Assembly: GCA_028279745.1 (NCBI GenBank)
Contig: JANQNC010000001.1
Span: forward strand, 300,001 to 332,000
Direction: 5' to 3'
DNA length: 32,000 nt
DNA from: Candidatus Nanoarchaeia archaeon
GTDB taxonomy: Archaea; Nanobdellota; Nanobdellia; Woesearchaeales; JANQNC01
Shown: positions 1 to 9,022 of the stretch, piece by piece
Position numbering within the stretch: position 1 is the first letter of the stretch
Layout: the number at the start of each line of letters is the position of its first letter
Notes under the pieces: generated by a model
What the model saw: only the letters and a program-made list of their open reading frames with translations
The model's database searches: none
Told to the model about the DNA's origin: nothing
Made by a program: the position numbers and the translations under genes

Positions 1-855
1 ACTTACACCAAACAAGACCAGGATTGAGCTAAGACTTAATTCGGTTATACCTATACCCCCAACAGTTAAAGGCAACCAGTTAAGGATGTATATTAAAGGA
101 AGCACAAATAGCAAAGAGAAAAAAGGCAATAACTCACCAACCGACAGACCTAAAGTGAACAGCATCAATGTTGCTATGAAAGCACTTAAAATATCTATCA
201 AACCCAATATAACTAAGTCTAATCTGTTAAACTTATTGGTGCTCAAATCTATCTCCCCAACTAATTTTTGTAATCTGACCCAGTTCTTAAAACGCACCTT
301 AAGAAAGTTTATTATTACTTTTCTATTAATCGAAAGAAGCACAAAAAAAGCCAACATAACTACAAACATAAACACAAATAATACATAGTTTATCTGAAAA
401 TTAAACCCCCTGCTTAGTACCACTAAAATACCTGTTGCTGCAAGAGAAAAAGTTATCATCAGTCCAACAATCAAGTCTATAGATATTGCTGCTGCAGACC
501 TCAAAACTTTAATGCCAAGAAAACTTTTCATAACATAAAACCTATACAAAGAACCCATCTGGGACGGCAAAGTCTCAGACACAAAAAAAGAGGACAGAAT
601 AACCCTAAACGAGGAAATCTTTCCAACTTTGAACCCGACCAACTTCAAAACCCGTTTGAATATCAATGATTTTGCAAACAAATATACCATAAAAAAAACA
701 AATGCTAAAAAAACCAGTAAAAAATTTGCTTCAAATAAAGAAGGGATCAACTTGTCTAAATCCTGTTTGGAAAACAAGAAAATTGTGCCTATAAGCAACA
801 GCAAACCTATAACATACAAGTGAATATACTTCTTTAGCTTGACAAGTAACTTCAT
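1..855 (-). CDS. Polytopic membrane protein, UPF0104 / lysyl-phosphatidylglycerol-synthase TM-domain (flippase-like) family; C-terminal part runs off the window
   Basis: Absent from the supplied ORF track because there is no stop inside the window. My reverse-strand translation from ATG (855-853) stays open for 285 codons down to position 1: MKLLVKLKKYIHLYVIGLLLLIGTIFLF...TLPSQMGSLYRFYVMK...NWLPLTVGGIGITELSL. It has several hydrophobic helices and the LP-x-x-G...R and LP-x-x-GG-x-G-x-x-E motifs I associate with this family. Confidence 0.55.
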   Translation of the reverse strand, partial: MKLLVKLKKYIHLYVIGLLLLIGTIFLFSKQDLDKLIPSLFEANFLLVFLAFVFFMVYLFAKSLIFKRVLKLVGFKVGKISSFRVILSSFFVSETLPSQMGSLYRFYVMKSFLGIKVLRSAAAISIDLIVGLMITFSLAATGILVVLSRGFNFQINYVLFVFMFVVMLAFFVLLSINRKVIINFLKVRFKNWVRLQKLVGEIDLSTNKFNRLDLVILGLIDILSAFIATLMLFTLGLSVGELLPFFSLLFVLPLIYILNWLPLTVGGIGITELSLSSILVLFGVS

Positions 856-891
856 GTTACATATAGTTAGTCGATATATTAAAAAGCTTTC

Positions 892-1761
892 TCATTCAAG
901 ACTATCAAGCAATGGAGAAATGTCAATACTTTCAATATCCTGTTTAGCGACAGAGGACTTGTCCCCTATTTTTAACTCGTCACTATATGTTGGCTTATCT
1001 TCCTTATAGAATATACCCGTAGCAACTTTGCCATCGTATATATCATGCTCCAATAAAAAATTGAGTACATTAGATCTGTTTGTTGTGTCAAATTTCTCAT
1101 CAGCAACATCATATAATATATCTTTGTAGAAATCAAATGATTTATCTTTTCTCCAAGACACACAAGGCTGTAATACTTCGATAACCGCAACACCATGATG
1201 ATTAATTCCTTTCTTGATCAATTCTGTAAGCTGTGGGATGTTACCAGCGTAACCTCTCGCAACAAATGTGCTTCCTGCAGTTACAGCAACCGCCAAAGGA
1301 TTAAATGGGATCTCAATTGATCCATGAGGTGTTGTTGGTGAAACATACCCTTTTTCAGTTGTCGGAGAGTACTGAGATTTAGTCAACGCATAAATTTGAT
1401 TATTGTGGATTATGTAACAAAGGTTAACATTCCTTCTTAATGTATGTAAGAAATGAGCTGAACCTATACTGCAAGCATCACCATCGCCTGCACACACAAC
1501 AACATTTAAGTCTGGGTTTGCTAACTTAACACCTGTCGCAACAGGCAACGCTCTTCCATGAATACTTTCAAAACCATAAGTCTTAATGTAATGAGGTATT
1601 TTACTATTACACCCAATACCTGAGACAACAACTGTGTCTTTAGGGTCTAGGTTAAGTTGAGCAAACGCTTTCTGAATGCTCATCAAAATACCAAAATTGC
1701 CGCAACCTGGACACCAAGTGTTGGTGTGAGTTGGTTCTTGAAAGTCTTTTATATCTGCCAT
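892..1761 (-). CDS. 2-oxoacid:ferredoxin oxidoreductase, beta (TPP-binding) subunit of a two-subunit enzyme
   Basis: 289-aa ORF with the N-terminal CPGCGNFG signature and the GDGD TPP/Mg motif (CAGDGDACSIG). Its start lies 1 nt after the stop of the upstream partner gene. Substrate specificity cannot be read from the sequence. Confidence 0.9.
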   Translation of the reverse strand: MADIKDFQEPTHTNTWCPGCGNFGILMSIQKAFAQLNLDPKDTVVVSGIGCNSKIPHYIKTYGFESIHGRALPVATGVKLANPDLNVVVCAGDGDACSIGSAHFLHTLRRNVNLCYIIHNNQIYALTKSQYSPTTEKGYVSPTTPHGSIEIPFNPLAVAVTAGSTFVARGYAGNIPQLTELIKKGINHHGVAVIEVLQPCVSWRKDKSFDFYKDILYDVADEKFDTTNRSNVLNFLLEHDIYDGKVATGIFYKEDKPTYSDELKIGDKSSVAKQDIESIDISPLLDSLE

Positions 1762-1762
1762 T

Positions 1763-3478
1763 TTACTTGTTTAACAATTTTCTTACTTGTTCAACCACAT
1801 CTTCAGGATAGATAGGCCTTGAATCATACTTGCCGTAAAAGTTTTCTAATAAAATTCCTGTGTTCTCTCTAATCACTCCTCTTAGCTGGCCGCTCTTGTT
1901 ATGTTCTAAAATCAATATAGGTTTATCGTTGTCAAGTATATCCCCAAACTGCTGTGTGGGAAATGGAAGTACATACTTTACCTGTATGATTCTCGCCTTT
2001 ATGCCTAGTTCTTCCAGTTCTGGAAGTGCATCTACACATGCGCCCTTAGTTGAACCCCAAATAATCAACTGAACATCAAATTCATCCTCCCCATAAACTT
2101 CGATCCCTTTAACAAAATCAAAAATGTGATCTAGCTTTCTAGCTCTCTTGTCCATATGGTCAATGTGGTTCTGAGCACCTTCAGAAGTAAACCCTGTTTC
2201 ATCATGCTCATAGCTTGAGCCCACATGCAAACCATTCGGTTGGCCAGGAACAGATCTTGGTGAAATCCCATCTTCTGTCAATAAGTGTCTTTTGAAATCA
2301 ACTGAAGACTTCATATCTTCATCAGACATCAGTTTGCCTCGGTTAATTTTTAAGTTATCTGTGTTAAATTTCTCAATCGTAGTTTTTGCACTTGCCAATT
2401 CTTTATCTGAAACTAAGATTACAGGAGTCTGATAAATTTCTGCTAAGTTAAATGCATTAAACCCTTCATAAAAGCACTCTTCAGCATCTCCCGGTGCGAT
2501 AACAATTCTTGGGAACTCTCCTTGTGAAGCGTGCATAACAAATCTTAGATCATCTTGCGCAGTGTAAGTTGGGATTCCTGTACTTGGACCCCCTCTTTGC
2601 ACTTCAACCATAACCAAAGGAACTTCAGCTAAAGCAGCCATCCCCAAAGCTTCGGACATCAAAGCAAAACCTCCTCCAGATGTGGCAGTCATAGCTCTTA
2701 CACCTGTAAAAGCTGCACCGATTGCCATATTTACAGCAGCAATCTCATCTTCTGTTTGTTTTACAACAATGTTATAATCCATCTCATTCTTTGCTAGAGT
2801 TTGCATTATAGAAGTTGCAGGTGTCATAGGATACGCAGAGATAAATTTACAACCTGCTTTAATTGCCCCGTATGACAAAGCTGTGTTGCCATCAATCATT
2901 ATCCTGTTATTATCTTCTTGTTTCTCAACCTTAGTGTCAAATTCCTTTTCTCTTGCAATATCAAAACCTTTCTTCAGTGCTTCAATATTTTGTTTAACAA
3001 TTTCATCTCCTTTCTTTTGGAATGTAGATTTTAGAATATTTGTAGTTATTTCTTCATCAGTATTAAGTAATCCACAGATTGCACCCAAAGCAACAGTGTT
3101 TGCATAAATCTTATTGCCAACTTCTTCAGCCAAGCCTTTAAGATGAACAGGAACAATATGAATATCTTTTCTGTCAATGTTTAAATTCTTTACAGCTCCG
3201 CTGTCATAAATTAAAGCACCGCCTTCTCTTATACTTTGAGCATGTTTAGTTATAGTTGTTTCATCAATAGCGACAAGAATGTCTAGTCTATAGATGTTTG
3301 AATTGATCTTATGGTTTTCAGCATAAACCATAACTTGGTTATGGCCTCCTTTAATCAAGGAAGGGTGATCTGTACAAGTGTATACATATAATCCAGACTT
3401 TTTTAGAATTTTAGCTATAGTGGTGCCTACAGTCATAACTCCTGATCCAGCAGGACCCCCAATCTTTATCGTTACCAT
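1763..3478 (-). CDS. 2-oxoacid:ferredoxin oxidoreductase, fused gamma-alpha subunit
   Basis: 571-aa ORF. The N-terminal part resembles the gamma subunit (IGGPAGSGVMTVG) and is fused to an alpha-subunit body (SAYPMTPATS...). This is the architecture of two-subunit Sulfolobus/Aeropyrum-type OFORs. Confidence 0.9.
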   Translation of the reverse strand: MVTIKIGGPAGSGVMTVGTTIAKILKKSGLYVYTCTDHPSLIKGGHNQVMVYAENHKINSNIYRLDILVAIDETTITKHAQSIREGGALIYDSGAVKNLNIDRKDIHIVPVHLKGLAEEVGNKIYANTVALGAICGLLNTDEEITTNILKSTFQKKGDEIVKQNIEALKKGFDIAREKEFDTKVEKQEDNNRIMIDGNTALSYGAIKAGCKFISAYPMTPATSIMQTLAKNEMDYNIVVKQTEDEIAAVNMAIGAAFTGVRAMTATSGGGFALMSEALGMAALAEVPLVMVEVQRGGPSTGIPTYTAQDDLRFVMHASQGEFPRIVIAPGDAEECFYEGFNAFNLAEIYQTPVILVSDKELASAKTTIEKFNTDNLKINRGKLMSDEDMKSSVDFKRHLLTEDGISPRSVPGQPNGLHVGSSYEHDETGFTSEGAQNHIDHMDKRARKLDHIFDFVKGIEVYGEDEFDVQLIIWGSTKGACVDALPELEELGIKARIIQVKYVLPFPTQQFGDILDNDKPILILEHNKSGQLRGVIRENTGILLENFYGKYDSRPIYPEDVVEQVRKLLNK

Positions 3479-3634
3479 TTAAACCCCTTTTTTAGTTGAT
3501 TTGGGCTTATTTGGTTTTTAAATGTTTCTAAAATAAACTTAACCCTTGAGGGCAGCATATTAGGCCAATAACTTGTTTGATAAAGTTTAAATATTACTGC
3601 CTGATGTTTATATTGGGGGGTAATTTTAATTAAT

Positions 3635-4687
3635 ATGAAAAAAGAATTAATGAAAGGAAGTCACGCACTTGTTCACGCAAGTATTGAAGCAGGCTGCACA
3701 TTTTTTGCAGGCTACCCCATAACACCCCAAAATGAAATACCTGAACTGATGTCAAAACTTATGCCGAAAAGCAACGGAACTTTCATTCAAGCAGAATCGG
3801 AAGTATCTTCAATCAACATGATTTTTGGTGCTGCTTCTACAGGAGCCAGATCTATGACTTCCTCAAGTTCGCCAGGAGTATCTCTGATGCAAGAAGGAAT
3901 ATCTTATATTGCTGCCGCAGAACTCCCTTGCGTCATAGTTAACATGGTTAGAGCAGGACCGGGGCTTGGCAATCTAAGAGCATCCCAAGCAGATCTTTTT
4001 CAGTCCGTAAAAGGAGGAGGTCATGGCGATTATCGATTGATTGTACTTGCACCGTCCACAAACCAAGAAATATACGATCTTACGATGGCTGCATTTGATT
4101 ATGCCGACCATCATAAAAACCCCGTTTTAATTCTTGGAGATGGAATCATTAGCCAAATGATAGAGCCAGTTGAATTGAAAAAATATAAACCAATACTGCC
4201 TTTACCATCAAAAGATGATTGGGCTCTAACTGGATGTAAAGATAGGCAAAGACATTTGGTGAAGACTACCCGATTAGATCCTCCTGACCTTCTAGTCAAA
4301 CACAACCTACATCTCAAAAAAAAGTATAAAAAAATATCTGACGAACTAACTCTATTTAAGGAATTTGAAACTGAAGATGCAGAAATTATCATTGTTGCTT
4401 ACGGCATAACTGCAAGAGTTGCTCAAGAAACTGTTCATCTTGCAAGAAAGGAAGGGATGAAAGTGGGATCGATACAACTAATAACACTTTGGCCATTTCC
4501 AAACAAGATTCTAAAAAAATATAGAGGACGTGATTTCTTGGTTGTTGAAATGAGCAACGGTCAACTGATCGAAGATGTTAAACTCGCACTTGGTTGTAAA
4601 GGGAGAATACTGCATTTTGGATACGGCGGCGGTTGGTACCCCGATACAGACCAGATACTAACAAAACTTAGGAACATGAAAAAATGA
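3635..4687 (+). CDS. 2-oxoacid:ferredoxin oxidoreductase alpha subunit (three-subunit type)
   Basis: 350-aa ORF with the alpha-subunit signature AGYPITPQNEI. ATGA overlap with the following beta gene. Confidence 0.9.
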   Translation: MKKELMKGSHALVHASIEAGCTFFAGYPITPQNEIPELMSKLMPKSNGTFIQAESEVSSINMIFGAASTGARSMTSSSSPGVSLMQEGISYIAAAELPCVIVNMVRAGPGLGNLRASQADLFQSVKGGGHGDYRLIVLAPSTNQEIYDLTMAAFDYADHHKNPVLILGDGIISQMIEPVELKKYKPILPLPSKDDWALTGCKDRQRHLVKTTRLDPPDLLVKHNLHLKKKYKKISDELTLFKEFETEDAEIIIVAYGITARVAQETVHLARKEGMKVGSIQLITLWPFPNKILKKYRGRDFLVVEMSNGQLIEDVKLALGCKGRILHFGYGGGWYPDTDQILTKLRNMKK

Positions 4688-5415
4688 CTTCACAAAAAAC
4701 ATTAAAAGATGTAAAGATGCATTACTGCCCTGGTTGCGGCCATAGAATGATCAATAAACTAATTGCCCACGTGATAGATGAGATGGGTCTGAGAGAAAAA
4801 ACTATAATGAGTTCTCCAGTGGGTTGCTCGGTTCTGGTTTATGACTATCTTGATCTTGATGTTATCGAATGTGCGCACGGCAGAGTTCCAAGCGTGTTAA
4901 GTGCAATAAAAAGATGCCTTCCTGACAGATTTGTGCTAGGATATCAGGGGGATGGTGATCTTGCAGCGATTGGAACAAATGAAACAATCCATACTGCTAA
5001 CCGCGGAGAAAATATAACAATCATTTTCATAAATAATGCAGTTTATGGGATGACTGGGGGGCAGATGGCACCAACCAGCTTGCCCGGACAGGTATCAACA
5101 ACAACCCCAAAAGGCAGAGGGGCTAACTTTGAAGGCAACCCAATAAAAATGTGTGAGCTGTTAGCAACTCTTGATGGCCCAACCTATATCGAACGTTTAG
5201 CCATGAATAGTGCAGGCAGTTTAAAAAATATAAAAGAAGCCCTAAAAAAAGCATTTCAATGTCAACAGGATGGAAAGGGATATTCATTCATTGAGATATT
5301 ATCACCTTGTCCTACAGGTTGGAAGAATGACATAAAAGAGTCCTTGAACTTTGTTGATAAAATGCAGGAATTTCTCCCTGTTGGAGTTTTCAAAGACGAA
5401 CGGAAGAACAGATAA
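4684..5415 (+). CDS. 2-oxoacid:ferredoxin oxidoreductase beta (TPP) subunit
   Basis: 243-aa ORF with YCPGCGH and GDGD (YQGDGDLAAIG) motifs. Translationally coupled on both sides. Confidence 0.9.
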   Translation: MTSQKTLKDVKMHYCPGCGHRMINKLIAHVIDEMGLREKTIMSSPVGCSVLVYDYLDLDVIECAHGRVPSVLSAIKRCLPDRFVLGYQGDGDLAAIGTNETIHTANRGENITIIFINNAVYGMTGGQMAPTSLPGQVSTTTPKGRGANFEGNPIKMCELLATLDGPTYIERLAMNSAGSLKNIKEALKKAFQCQQDGKGYSFIEILSPCPTGWKNDIKESLNFVDKMQEFLPVGVFKDERKNR

Positions 5416-5945
5416 TGAAAGAAAAAATAATAATTGCAGGACACGGAGGGCAAGGCATAATATTGGCAGGGAGCCTGCTGGCAAATACTGCTATGAACCA
5501 GAATTTGCAGATCTGCGGCACAATTTCATATGGTGTTCAGATGCGTGGAGGAACAACAAACTCTTCGATGATCCTATCTGACAAAAAAATTGAAAGCCCA
5601 ATCATAACTAAACCAACTGTGTTACTGATACTTAACCAACCCGCACTAGATAAGTATGAGAACCTAGTTGAAAAAAATGGACTGGTAATCCTAAACACTT
5701 CTGATTGCAAAACCAAAGTGTCTAGAGATGATGTATGTGTTGTTGAAGTTGATGCAACCAAGATAGCAGAAAAACTCGGAAATAAAAAAGCAACCAACAT
5801 GGTCATGGTTGGAGCGTACCTAAAAAAAAATAGGACATTAGACATTAAACTTGCTAAAAGCATGGTTAAGAAAGTGTTACCAAAAGCAAGCGAAGAGCTG
5901 ATTGAGCTTAATAAAAAAGCCCTATTGCTAGGGTATACCCAATAG
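5415..5945 (+). CDS. 2-oxoacid:ferredoxin oxidoreductase gamma subunit
   Basis: 176-aa ORF with the gamma-subunit motif IIAGHGGQGIILAG. Its ATG overlaps the beta stop by 1 nt (TAATG). Confidence 0.85.
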   Translation: MKEKIIIAGHGGQGIILAGSLLANTAMNQNLQICGTISYGVQMRGGTTNSSMILSDKKIESPIITKPTVLLILNQPALDKYENLVEKNGLVILNTSDCKTKVSRDDVCVVEVDATKIAEKLGNKKATNMVMVGAYLKKNRTLDIKLAKSMVKKVLPKASEELIELNKKALLLGYTQ

Positions 5946-6042
5946 CTAATTTTAGTGGTTTATCATTACCTTTATAAATAACCTATAAGTTCTTCTCATT
6001 AGAGGGATTTTCGGGAGATAGTCTCAGAAGATCTAAATTAAA

Positions 6043-6963
6043 ATGAAATGTACTAAATGTGAAAGGGAAGCAGTATACTGGACTACAAACCATAAACTAT
6101 GCAAAGAACACTTCTTTGATTATTTTGAATCAAAAGTTTTTAGGACGATAAATAAGTATAGACTGTTTAATAGGGAAGATAAAGTCTGCGTAGCTACATC
6201 TGGTGGAAAAGACTCAATGTCTTTACTCTATGTAGTCAACAAGTATTGTAAGAAACGAGGCATTAAATTCTTTTCTTTAGCGATAGATGAAGGGATTAAT
6301 GGATACAGGAATGAGGCATTAGACAATCTGAAAGACTTTTGTAAAGAATATGATATTAAACTAGAAATATTTTCTTTCAAGGACAGATATGGCAAAACAA
6401 TGGACCAGCTTAGAGAAAAAGCCATAAATGAATTTGGAAAAACCCCCTGCACCATATGCGGAACATTCAGACGATCACTGTTAAACAAGAAAGCTCGTGA
6501 GTTGGGAGCTACAAAACTAGCAACAGGACACAACATGGATGATGAGGCACAGAATTTCCTGATGAACCTGTTTAAGGGGAACATGGGAAATAATGCTTCA
6601 TTAGGACCAATAGTTGGAGTATCTGCTAATGAAAAGTTTGTCCCAAGAGTAAAACCTTTGTATCACATACTAGACATAGAGGCAAAACTCTACGCAAAAT
6701 ACAAAGAATTCAACCTATGTTTTTGTGATTGCCCACATTCAGACATGTCATTCAGAAAAAAGATTAAATTGAAGTTACATGAGATAGAAAAAGAAGTCCC
6801 AGGAATAAAAAATGGAGTTGTGAATTCTTTTATGGAAATCATGCCTACTTTGAAAGAGAGGTACAAGAACAAAAAAGAGTTCAAATACTGTTCTAAATGT
6901 GGAGATGCATGTGTAGGTGAGAAGTGCAATGCTTGTCTGTTGGAAGAGCAGTTATGCAAATGA
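6043..6963 (+). CDS. tRNA 2-thiolation PP-loop ATPase, TtuA / NcsA (Ncs6/Ctu1) family
   Basis: 306 aa. PP-loop ATSGGKDS; N-terminal CTKC...CKEH and C-terminal CSKC...CNAC zinc-finger-like motifs; central CTIC and CDCPH cysteines where this family binds its Fe-S cluster. I cannot tell s2U34 from s2T54 specificity by eye. Confidence 0.85.
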   Translation: MKCTKCEREAVYWTTNHKLCKEHFFDYFESKVFRTINKYRLFNREDKVCVATSGGKDSMSLLYVVNKYCKKRGIKFFSLAIDEGINGYRNEALDNLKDFCKEYDIKLEIFSFKDRYGKTMDQLREKAINEFGKTPCTICGTFRRSLLNKKARELGATKLATGHNMDDEAQNFLMNLFKGNMGNNASLGPIVGVSANEKFVPRVKPLYHILDIEAKLYAKYKEFNLCFCDCPHSDMSFRKKIKLKLHEIEKEVPGIKNGVVNSFMEIMPTLKERYKNKKEFKYCSKCGDACVGEKCNACLLEEQLCK

Positions 6964-6972
6964 TTTGTTAAG

Positions 6973-7278
6973 ATGGCTGAAAAAACATTTAATGAAAAAT
7001 GTTATTCTTTACTCAAGAAAGTTCCTAAAGGAAAAGTTACAACTTATGGAGAGATTGCAAAAGCACTTGGGGGTAAAGCATACCAAGCAGTAGGCAATGC
7101 AATGAACAAAAACCCTTATGCACCTAAAGTTCCATGTCATAGAGTTGTTAATTCAGATGGTTCTATTGGAGGGTTCGCTTTTGGAGTTAGTGAGAAGGTC
7201 AAGATCTTGAAATCTGAAGGTGTCGATGTTATTGATGGAAAAATAGTTGAGTTTGAGAAGAAGTTGTTTAAGTTCTAG
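6973..7278 (+). CDS. ogt: Single-domain MGMT-family protein (O6-alkylguanine-DNA alkyltransferase C-terminal domain only)
   Basis: 101 aa. Active-site PCHRVV is retained and the usual N-terminal domain is absent. The last 4 nt overlap the convergent Elp3 gene. Confidence 0.8.
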   Translation: MAEKTFNEKCYSLLKKVPKGKVTTYGEIAKALGGKAYQAVGNAMNKNPYAPKVPCHRVVNSDGSIGGFAFGVSEKVKILKSEGVDVIDGKIVEFEKKLFKF

Positions 7279-8948
7279 ATCTTCTTTGTCATATATGGTC
7301 CTTCTTTAGAATAACCTTGGTTCTTGTAATACTCTCTAACGCCAATGCCGCTTATGACAACAACTTTGTCTTTGTTGTGTTGTTTAGAAAGTTCTTCTGC
7401 AATTTTTAGAAGAGTTTTACCAATGCCTCTATGCTGGGTTGTTCCTTTACCTTTTATGGCTAATGCCTGACCGTAAACATGCAGTTCTCTGACGATCGAT
7501 GATTTAGTTGTTATTTCGTCTCTTAATGATTCTGAAGGAAATCTTAGCCTGCAAAATCCTAAAAGTTTATCATCTTCAGTGGTTGCTTCAATAAAATATT
7601 CAGTTCCTCCCGATGCTTCATACTTAGTTGTTTCGTAAGAGATGTCTTCATCTTCTTTTAACGTGTCTTTGATTTCTCTGCATCTGATGCAATTACATGT
7701 AACACCTTTCTCTTTCTTTAGGTTATCAACGTACTGTCTTAGGTTAGTCTTATCAACACCTGCTTCAGTCCTATAAGTTGGGATGTCTCTCTGCACCCTC
7801 ATTATCCTGCAATATTTAGGAACATACTTTTTGCATTCTACAATCAGTTCTGCTGCTTCAATTGTTGTTAATGGTGTGTAGTTCCCTTCTTTCCAATCTC
7901 TGTAAAGTTTTGTGCCTTTCATAACCATACAAGGATATATCTTAAGCATATCCGGCTGGAAATCTGAATTTTCAAATAGTTGTTTGAATAATTCTAAGTC
8001 TTGTTCTTTAGTTACACCTGGCAGACCAAGCATGTAATGAAAATTAAGCTTGAAACCTAAGTCTTTCAATTCTTTTATCGATCTAATGTTATCTTGGATG
8101 GTGTGGCCTCTTTCAATTGCTTTTAGTGCATTATCATCTGTTGATTGTATCCCCAGCTCAACTCTTGTACAACCAAGTTTTAACATCTCGTTTCCATGCT
8201 CCTTAAAACCCCAATCAGGTCTTGTTTCTATTGTTAATCCAACACATCTGATGTTAGAGGTTTCGTTCTTAGTTTGTTCTTCTTCAAGAACGCAGTCCTG
8301 CTTTAGCTCGTTTAACTTCTTATGAATATTAGCAACTCTGTCTTTTGAGCCCACTTCACCAGGCATCTCAAAAAATTCTTTGAACTTGTCTATGTTGAAT
8401 TTCTTGTCTTCGTAGAAAATGTCTGAAAAGTCATTCATCGCTTTGAACGCATATTTTGTGAAATTCTCAATGTACTCTTTGTCTTGCGCTATGAATGTTC
8501 CACCCATGATAATCAGTTCTACTTTTTCAGGGTTATGGCCAAGAACAACAAACTGTTCTAGTCTATTAAAAACCTGAATGTAAGGATCAAAATTTGCTCT
8601 AATAGCTCGCATAGTAGCTGGCTCTTTACCAGTATATGATTGAGGCACACTGCCAAATTCAGAATTTAGGCCGCCAGGACACATCTTACACTTTCCGTGA
8701 GGACACTTACTTGGTTCAGTCATTATAGCAACAGGCACAACACCTGAGATAGACCTTGTTGGTTTTGATTGCAGTAAATGTTTTATTTTAGGATCTGAGT
8801 TAGATAGATATATTTCAATATCTGTAGGAATGTTTTTCAGGCTGTATTTCTTACATAGCTTAACCTTTAGTTTAGATATCTGAGTCTTGTCCAGACTATT
8901 GTCTTTTAGCTCTTTGTACAGTTCTTCTATGTATTCTTGTGGTATCAT
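7275..8948 (-). CDS. elp3: Elp3-type tRNA U34 carboxymethylation enzyme (radical SAM + GNAT)
   Basis: 557 aa. Radical-SAM C-x4-C-x2-C (CPHGKCKMC) followed by a C-terminal GNAT domain with the acetyl-CoA motif QHRGIGKTLL. Full Elp3 architecture. Confidence 0.92.
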   Translation of the reverse strand: MIPQEYIEELYKELKDNSLDKTQISKLKVKLCKKYSLKNIPTDIEIYLSNSDPKIKHLLQSKPTRSISGVVPVAIMTEPSKCPHGKCKMCPGGLNSEFGSVPQSYTGKEPATMRAIRANFDPYIQVFNRLEQFVVLGHNPEKVELIIMGGTFIAQDKEYIENFTKYAFKAMNDFSDIFYEDKKFNIDKFKEFFEMPGEVGSKDRVANIHKKLNELKQDCVLEEEQTKNETSNIRCVGLTIETRPDWGFKEHGNEMLKLGCTRVELGIQSTDDNALKAIERGHTIQDNIRSIKELKDLGFKLNFHYMLGLPGVTKEQDLELFKQLFENSDFQPDMLKIYPCMVMKGTKLYRDWKEGNYTPLTTIEAAELIVECKKYVPKYCRIMRVQRDIPTYRTEAGVDKTNLRQYVDNLKKEKGVTCNCIRCREIKDTLKEDEDISYETTKYEASGGTEYFIEATTEDDKLLGFCRLRFPSESLRDEITTKSSIVRELHVYGQALAIKGKGTTQHRGIGKTLLKIAEELSKQHNKDKVVVISGIGVREYYKNQGYSKEGPYMTKKI

Positions 8949-9022
8949 GTGATGAAAGATTAGGGTTAGTTATAAAAAGGTTTAGGGCAAAAGTTAAAAA
9001 GCGCAGGCACTAGTTAAGAAAA

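Noticed and set aside
86-823. Plus-strand ORFs 86-388 and 629-823 (K/N/T-rich, low complexity)
   Set aside because: They are antisense shadows of the reverse-strand membrane-protein gene (1-855). Their composition is what the complement of Phe/Leu/Ile-rich coding sequence produces. They have no start context and no recognisable motifs.
4111-4392. Numerous 60-144-aa antisense or overlapping ORFs in the track (e.g. 4111-4392, 6228-6584, 10393-10647, 17229-17663, 23528-23857, 24810-25166, 27551-27841, 27887-28195, 31352-31609)
   Set aside because: Each lies entirely within a longer ORF, on the opposite strand or in another frame, that has clear family motifs. Their compositions are typical shadow-frame artefacts.
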